The position numbers and the translations under genes were made by a program. Positions 58,430 to 64,000 of a stretch of 64,000 nt of DNA are shown here, piece after piece. Each line of letters opens with the position of its first letter. Positions within the stretch are counted from its first letter, which is position 1. Source of the stretch: Actinomadura scrupuli (GTDB lineage: Bacteria > Actinomycetota > Actinomycetes > Streptosporangiales > Streptosporangiaceae). The notes below the pieces were generated by a model. It saw nothing but the letters and a program-made list of their open reading frames with translations. It searched no databases and had not been told where the DNA came from. The stretch covers positions 58,049-122,048 of the forward strand of contig NZ_JBPCCU010000012.1 of the NCBI RefSeq assembly GCF_050971785.1, written 5' to 3'.

Positions 58430-59548
58430 ATGACCGATGAGATGCTGCGCGCCCCTGCCGAGGTGAAGTACGCCGAGGAGCTCGACTGGCTGGAGTCCCT
58501 CGATGACGGGCCCAAGCCGTTCTCCTGGCGTCTCAGCCCCCGGATGACCCGGCTGTTCATCCTCGGTTCCGAGCGCTCCGACGGGCTCGACCGAGAGATC
58601 CCGCAGAAGTGGTTCGGCGACCGCAGCCTCGTCGAACGCGCCATCGTCACGCTCGCCTCGGACCGCGGGCTGCTGCTCATCGGCGACCCGGGCACCGGCA
58701 AGAGCTGGCTCGCCGAGCTGCTCTCGGCCGCCATCTCCCGTAACTCGACCCTGGTCGTCCAAGGCACGGCCGGCACCACCGAGGACCACATCAAGTACTC
58801 GTGGAACGTCTCGATGGTGATCGCCAAGGGCCAGTCACGCGAGTCGATGATCCCTTCGCCGATCATGACGGCGATGGAACAGGGCGTGATCGGCCGCTTC
58901 GAGGAGCTGACCCGCTCGACCAGCGACGTGCAGGACGCGCTGATCTCCATCCTGTCCGAGAAGTACGTGTCCGTCCCGGAACTCGACGATGACAACATCG
59001 TCTTCGCCCAGCCAGGCTTCTCGATCATCGCTACGGCCAACAGCCGGGACCGCGGCGTGAACGACCTTTCTTCCGCGCTGAAGCGGCGGTTCAACTTCGT
59101 CCGCATTCCGATGGTGACGAGCAAACGCAGCGAGGCGGAGATCGTGCGGTTCCGCACCACGGAACTGCTGCGCCGGCACCAGATCGACCTGGACGTGCCG
59201 CCCACCCTGCTGGACATCCTGCTGCAGAGCTTCGCCGACCTGCGGGCCGCGGCGGCGTCGGCCACCAGCGACGACGAGAAGCTCGAGTCGGCGCTCTCCA
59301 CCGCCGAGCAGATCGGGGTACTCGAGGACGCCATCCTGCACAGCCAGTTCTTCGGCGACCGTACGCTGCGCGCGGGGACGCTCGCCGGCTCGCTGGTGGG
59401 CTCGCTCGCCCGCCGCAGCCCCGAGGACCTGGCCATCCTGAACAAGTTCTGGCACGGCGTCGTCGAGCCGCGCAGCAAGCAGGACGACGGCGGACCCTGG
59501 CAGGAGTTCCTCGAAGGCGGGCGCCAGGCCATCGCGACGCTGTCATGA
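58430..59548 (+). CDS. MoxR-class AAA_5 ATPase (CbbQ/NirQ/NorQ/GvpN-like) (operon gene 4)
   Basis: RBS TAGGAG, ATG 58430. Walker A LLIGDPGTGKSWLA. Walker B-like FEELTRSTSDVQDALISIL. Sensor region FSIIATANSRDRGVNDLSSALKRRF. Confidence 0.85.
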   Translation: MTDEMLRAPAEVKYAEELDWLESLDDGPKPFSWRLSPRMTRLFILGSERSDGLDREIPQKWFGDRSLVERAIVTLASDRGLLLIGDPGTGKSWLAELLSAAISRNSTLVVQGTAGTTEDHIKYSWNVSMVIAKGQSRESMIPSPIMTAMEQGVIGRFEELTRSTSDVQDALISILSEKYVSVPELDDDNIVFAQPGFSIIATANSRDRGVNDLSSALKRRFNFVRIPMVTSKRSEAEIVRFRTTELLRRHQIDLDVPPTLLDILLQSFADLRAAAASATSDDEKLESALSTAEQIGVLEDAILHSQFFGDRTLRAGTLAGSLVGSLARRSPEDLAILNKFWHGVVEPRSKQDDGGPWQEFLEGGRQAIATLS

Positions 59549-62394
59549 GCGACCCGGTTCCGGCGAGCACATCGAGTCCATTCGGCGCGCTCCGCGAGCG
59601 GCTGCTCGATGCCGCCGCCGCCTTCGCCACGACGTCCGCGACATCCCCTGGCGGCGCGGGCACGGTGCCCGGCATCCTGGCGGGCATGGTCGACGACGTC
59701 GACCGGGCGTTGCGGGAGGAGCTCGAGATCTTCCCGGTGTGCCACCACTCTCCGGCCTCGGCGCTGGCGATGGTAGGGCGGCTGCGCGAGAAGCAGCCCA
59801 AGGTCATCTATCTGGAGCTGTGCGAGGACCTGCGGCCGTTGCTCGGCGAGCTGCGCAACTGCCGGTTGCCCATCGCGCTGCAGGCGTTCGCGACCGAACT
59901 CGACGACTTTCCCTCGGCCTGGGCGCCGCTCAGCGTCATCGCGCCCATCACCGAGGCGTCCGCCGAGTACCAGGCCATCTCCTACGCCCTGGACACACCC
60001 GGCGTCGAGCTGGTGCTGGTCGACCGCTCCACCGATCACGTCTTCCAGTGGACGCCGCGCGAACCGCCCGAACCCACGCCCGCCGGCGGCGACGACGCGG
60101 CCCTGCACGGCGACGCGGTCGGCATCGAGATCGGTGACCTGCGGCCCCGCTTCGCCGAACTCGAGGAGCACCTGCTCCACCACGGCAAGGTCCGGCACTG
60201 GTCCGAGTGGTGGGACCAGTACGTGGAGCAGGCCCTGGTCGGCGCCGACTACAACACCTACCGGCAGGTCATGGTCATGATCGGCAGCCTGTTCCGGAGG
60301 CTGCGCCCGGACCGCGACGCGCGGGATGACCGGGACGAGGACCGCGAACGCTACATGTGGACCCGGATGCGCGAGCATCTCGCCACATCCGGGACCGACC
60401 CGGCGCAGTGCCTGTACGTCTGCGGCGCCTTCCACGCGGCCAGCCGGGTCGAACAGTTCGGGCTGACCGCCCAGCCGGCGGAGCCGTACGAGATCACGCC
60501 CCGCACGGCGACCCGCTGGCGGTACGGGCTGATCCCCTCCAGCCACTCCGCCATCGAGTCGCAGTTCGGGCTGGCCCCCGGCTCGGTGTCGATCGCCGCG
60601 GCGACCTGGTCCAAGGCGGTGAAGAGCAGCGGTGTCACGCCGTACCGGCTCGAAGGCCAGAAGGGGACGAAGCCCAGGAGGACCGCCCGTGCTCGCCCTG
60701 CGGCGCACGACCCACAGGCACCGGTCTCCGACCACCTGTCCGGCTTCCTCGCGCAGCCGTCCCGCCGGGGCGAGTTCGACGAGGCCGAACTGCTCGGCTG
60801 GTGCGTGGACATCGTCCGGCTGGCCCGCCGCAACGGCTATCTGGCGAGCACGGCCGACGCCATCGCCGTGTTCGAGACGTCGATCCTGCTGGCGGGCCTG
60901 CGCGGCCGGAGCCGCCCCACTCCGTACGACTTCGAGGACGCCGCGGTCACGTGCATCGAGAAGGACGCCGTGCCGGGCCGCCGCGACGTACGCCGCCTCT
61001 GCGAGATCCTGCTGGGCGGCGACCGGGTCGGGCAGGTCGGCTACGAGTCGCTCCCGCCGCTGGCCCGCGATGTGCTGGACCGGCTGGAGCCGTTGGGGCT
61101 CGACCTGGGGAAACGCACGATCCAGCGGGCGCTCCTCGACCTCGGCGCCGACCCGGAACTGGTGCCGTGCTCCGACCTGCTGTGGGTGCTGCGCCGCCTG
61201 CTGCCGGACGACGCCGTCCGCCCCATCATGGGGGCCCGGCGGCTGAACGAACGGCCGATCCAGGAGAGCTGGGACCTCGCGATCGGTCGTCACCAGCGAT
61301 CCATCGTCGAGCTCGGCTACGAGGGCGTCACCATCGAGCAGGTGCTGGAGCAGCGACTGCGCCGGACCGTGGGGGATCCCAAGGCGACCGCCGCCATCGC
61401 GCTGGAGGCCGTGGAGGAGGCCATCCTCTACCTCGGCAGCCGGCGGATCAGCGATGACCTCGGCACCCGGGCCGTGGAGCTGCTGGCCGCGGAGCGCACC
61501 GTGGACGACGCCCCCGAGGTGTTGCGGCGGATCCGCAGGCTGCTCACCCACTACCGCGCCACGGAGCCGACGCTGCCGGAGTGGTGCGAAAGGTTCGTGG
61601 CCGCGGGCTACGCGCATTACTGCACGTTGCTGCCGACCGCCTTCGTGGACGAGGACACCGGGGTGCGCCAGGTGGCCGCCATGCTCGGCTTCCTGTTCAG
61701 CATGGAGAGCCTCGCGCTGTCGCTCGGATGTGATCACACCCAGCTCGAGCTCGCCGTCCAGCAGTCGCATCCGGAGGCACCGGCCAAGGTGGCGCTGCTG
61801 TGGGCGGCAAGGTCCCAGGTCGGCCTGCTGCCACTGGCCGAGCTGCGGTCGCGGTGCGACGAGTTGCTGGCCAACCCGCTCGTCGTCCCGGCCATCCCCC
61901 TGTATCTGAGCGGATTCGTCCAGGCGCTGGAACCTGCGCCGGCTCTGGCACCTTTCGTGGTCGAGGCGATGTCCAAGGCATTCGCCCGGTTGCCCGATAC
62001 GGTGCTGCTCCCGTGGCTGCCCAAACTGATCACGACGCTGCGCGATCAAGCGCACGAGCTGGTGCCGGTGCTCGTACGCGAGGCGGGCCGTACGTTCCCC
62101 GCCGCTCTGCCCGCCATCGACGCCTGGTCGCCGCCGTGGGCCGCGCGGTCGGCGCCGCCGGTGCCGGACGCGGCGGGCGATCCGGTCTTCTCGTCGTCCC
62201 AGGCGGTGGCGGAGCTCGTGGCCGCCCAGCCGGCGGCGTGCGACGCCGTTGCCGGGCTGTTCGGCTACGACACCGGATGGCGGCCGACCATGGACCCCGC
62301 CGGCGGATCTCCTCGAGACCGCCACCAGGTGGGCGCGCTACCGGCCCGGTACACCGAGACCGCAGCCGCCGTCGCGGAACTGCTCCGGCGGTGA
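59545..62394 (+). CDS. large (949 aa) hypothetical protein, translationally coupled to the AAA_5 ATPase (possible DUF5682/YehM-like partner)
   Basis: ATGA overlap at 59545-59548. No known catalytic motif seen. Predicted largely alpha-helical. Confidence 0.65.
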   Translation: MSDPVPASTSSPFGALRERLLDAAAAFATTSATSPGGAGTVPGILAGMVDDVDRALREELEIFPVCHHSPASALAMVGRLREKQPKVIYLELCEDLRPLLGELRNCRLPIALQAFATELDDFPSAWAPLSVIAPITEASAEYQAISYALDTPGVELVLVDRSTDHVFQWTPREPPEPTPAGGDDAALHGDAVGIEIGDLRPRFAELEEHLLHHGKVRHWSEWWDQYVEQALVGADYNTYRQVMVMIGSLFRRLRPDRDARDDRDEDRERYMWTRMREHLATSGTDPAQCLYVCGAFHAASRVEQFGLTAQPAEPYEITPRTATRWRYGLIPSSHSAIESQFGLAPGSVSIAAATWSKAVKSSGVTPYRLEGQKGTKPRRTARARPAAHDPQAPVSDHLSGFLAQPSRRGEFDEAELLGWCVDIVRLARRNGYLASTADAIAVFETSILLAGLRGRSRPTPYDFEDAAVTCIEKDAVPGRRDVRRLCEILLGGDRVGQVGYESLPPLARDVLDRLEPLGLDLGKRTIQRALLDLGADPELVPCSDLLWVLRRLLPDDAVRPIMGARRLNERPIQESWDLAIGRHQRSIVELGYEGVTIEQVLEQRLRRTVGDPKATAAIALEAVEEAILYLGSRRISDDLGTRAVELLAAERTVDDAPEVLRRIRRLLTHYRATEPTLPEWCERFVAAGYAHYCTLLPTAFVDEDTGVRQVAAMLGFLFSMESLALSLGCDHTQLELAVQQSHPEAPAKVALLWAARSQVGLLPLAELRSRCDELLANPLVVPAIPLYLSGFVQALEPAPALAPFVVEAMSKAFARLPDTVLLPWLPKLITTLRDQAHELVPVLVREAGRTFPAALPAIDAWSPPWAARSAPPVPDAAGDPVFSSSQAVAELVAAQPAACDAVAGLFGYDTGWRPTMDPAGGSPRDRHQVGALPARYTETAAAVAELLRR

Positions 62395-62465
62395 CCGGCC
62401 GGGTAGCCCGCGCCCGGCCGGTGACCCGACGCCGGGCCCCTCGCCTCCGCTCGTTCCGGATCGCT

Positions 62466-63041
62466 TCAGCCGGGGTCGGCGCGGCGATGAGGCCGCCAGT
62501 GTCGGAACAGCTCGGTCGCCCCTTCGGCATCGGCCGGCACAGCGGCCGCGACCAGGGCCTGCGCCTTGAATGCCTGTGCCGCCACGCTCAGCCGGTGGCG
62601 TACCGAGCCGGCTTCGTCGGCGTCCGCCGACCGCGGGTCGCCCCAGAGGCTCACCTCGGCCGACCTCTGGTCATGGGCGTCGAGCACCATCCGCCGGACC
62701 CGCTCGTCGGAGTCGTACAGGTCCGCATGGACCGCGATGGCCTGCGGGCTGCCCCGGACCGGCGAGGCCAGCACCGGCTCCAGGTACGCCACGCGGGCCC
62801 CGAGGATCCGTACGGGCCTGGAGTCGGCGTGGTCCGCTCTGAGAACCGTGACGTCCCAGCCGTCCATCACCCGGTCGAACACCAGGCCGCCCGCGAACCG
62901 CACGGCCTCGGACAGGCTCGGCGTGACCACCACGAGCCGGCGCCGCAACGGCCGTCCGGCCCAGGAACCGCTCGCCGCGTGAGCGTGGCGGTGTACTCCC
63001 TGAACGCTTCGGCTGCCGGAATCGAAGGACCGAGCGGCCAT
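62466..63041 (-). CDS. hypothetical protein
   Basis: Start MAARSFDSGS (cat at 63039-63041), 5 nt after the stop of the upstream small ORF. The six-frame ORF extends to 63158. Confidence 0.45.
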   Translation of the reverse strand: MAARSFDSGSRSVQGVHRHAHAASGSWAGRPLRRRLVVVTPSLSEAVRFAGGLVFDRVMDGWDVTVLRADHADSRPVRILGARVAYLEPVLASPVRGSPQAIAVHADLYDSDERVRRMVLDAHDQRSAEVSLWGDPRSADADEAGSVRHRLSVAAQAFKAQALVAAAVPADAEGATELFRHWRPHRRADPG

Positions 63042-63046
63042 GACGT

Positions 63047-63187
63047 CTACCGCTCCGCCACGGCGATCGACGGCCTGGGCACGTTGCGCCGGCGCAGCGA
63101 GTACGCCCGGCACTGCCCGGCCACCTCGCGGTAGGTGCTCTGCACGGTGGGCCGACACGCTGTGCCTTCGGGCAGGTCGGTGGTCAT
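63047..63187 (-). CDS. small ORF (46 aa, two Cys), hypothetical
   Basis: MTTDLPEGTACRPTVQSTYREVAGQCRAYSLRRRNVPRPSIAVAER. Strong SD CCAGGAG 5 nt upstream. Sits between the ACAD stop and the next start. Confidence 0.35.
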   Translation of the reverse strand: MTTDLPEGTACRPTVQSTYREVAGQCRAYSLRRRNVPRPSIAVAER

Positions 63188-63232
63188 GCGAACTCCTGGA
63201 GGGTCGGAGCGGAGTGGCCTGGAGGTGCCCGG

Positions 63233-64000
63233 TCAGCTTGGACGAGGGAGACCCAGCGCGTGCTGGGCGATGATGTTGCGCTGGATCTCGCTGGTACCGG
63301 CGTAGATGGTGGTGCCCTTCGCATGCCGGACCATGTGCTCGATGATCCCGCCCTCGATGGCCGTGGGGTCGTCCAACGCCCGGACCCCGTCGGGCCCCAC
63401 CAGCTCCAGCGTCTCCTCCGCCTGGCGTTGCAGGCGTTCGGTGCTGAACAGCTTGGACATCGATCCCCTTCCGACCAGCGACGGGTCCTTCTGGGCCCGC
63501 AGCAGGGCGGCCCGGCGGAGCAGCAGCTTGGAGACCTCAAGCTCGGTGCGGGACCGGCCGATCCGTTCCTGCACGTCGGGGTCCGCTGACCGTGGTCGCC
63601 CGTCGCCGTCGGCGGTGGCGCACGCCCATCGGGTGAGCGCCTCGACCAGACGATGCTGCTCACCGCTGAAGGAGGCGGTGTGCTCGGAGGCCAGCCCCGC
63701 GGTCATCACCCGCCAGCCACCGTCGACCGCGCCGATACGCAGCGCGTCACTGACGAAGACGTCGTTGTAGAAGGTGATGTTCGTTCGTTCACCTGACAGC
63801 GTCTCCACCCCCCGGATCTCGACGCCCGGCTGGTCCAGCGGCACCAGGAACGTCGTGAGCCCACGGTGCTTGGGGGCATCGGGGTTGGTGCGCGCGAGCA
63901 TGAACACGTAGTCGGCGACGCTCGCGTTGGTCGTGAACATCTTCGAACCGGTGATCAGCCAGCCGTCACCGTCGCGCACCGCCCTCGTGGCGGCCGCGGC
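63233..64000 (-). CDS. acyl-CoA dehydrogenase, C-terminal part (gene continues beyond window end)
   Basis: ACAD middle and C-terminal domains (GWLITGSKMFTTNASVADYVFMLAR...YAGTSEIQRNIIAQHALGLPR). Confidence 0.75.
   Translation of the reverse strand, partial: AAAATRAVRDGDGWLITGSKMFTTNASVADYVFMLARTNPDAPKHRGLTTFLVPLDQPGVEIRGVETLSGERTNITFYNDVFVSDALRIGAVDGGWRVMTAGLASEHTASFSGEQHRLVEALTRWACATADGDGRPRSADPDVQERIGRSRTELEVSKLLLRRAALLRAQKDPSLVGRGSMSKLFSTERLQRQAEETLELVGPDGVRALDDPTAIEGGIIEHMVRHAKGTTIYAGTSEIQRNIIAQHALGLPRPS

Noticed and set aside
58414-62325. 1303-aa minus-strand ORF spanning the MoxR/VWA operon
   Set aside because: It is antisense to five plus-strand genes that have RBSs, recognisable domains and start/stop coupling. 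Its translation is Arg/Gly/Pro-rich low-complexity sequence typical of a high-GC antisense frame.

Overview
The window is a high-GC (about 70-72 %) actinomycete chromosomal segment. A WhiJ/BldB-type XRE-DUF397-HATPase cassette remnant and a divergent tuf3-type EF-Tu paralog make it look Streptomyces-like. I call about 57 protein-coding genes, one tRNA-Glu(UUC), three gene remnants, and several repeats and candidate regulatory sites. There is no CRISPR array, no integrase or transposase, and no rRNA. Most of the content is redox and energy metabolism plus transport and envelope genes; the annotated list below gives each call. One notable module is a three-subunit PorGAB 2-oxoacid:ferredoxin oxidoreductase followed by a GltD-like NAD(P)/FAD protein fused to a 2x[4Fe-4S] ferredoxin domain. 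The best candidate for an undescribed system is a five-gene, start/stop-overlapped operon at 54.9-62.4 kb: a SWIM-like zinc-finger protein, a 464-aa unknown, a VWA protein, a MoxR-class AAA_5 ATPase and a 949-aa unknown. Its component set recalls the uncharacterised E. coli yehLMPQ cluster. A second orphan MoxR-class domain sits at the C-terminus of a 1767-aa protein beside the flotillin operon. Other points of interest are a roughly 50-nt palindromic element present in two copies, each just upstream of one of the two largest genes, and a TetR-SDR-pentapeptide-repeat (MfpA/Qnr-like) module with paired palindromic operators. Two decayed loci are also present: the XRE/DUF397 fusion remnant, and ECF-sigma and FtsX-permease fragments downstream of the tRNA. 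A HEPN-motif protein lies at the window start. Many long antisense and alternative-frame ORFs in the six-frame track are GC artefacts and were rejected. All functional calls come from motif and architecture recognition by eye and need HMM/BLAST confirmation.
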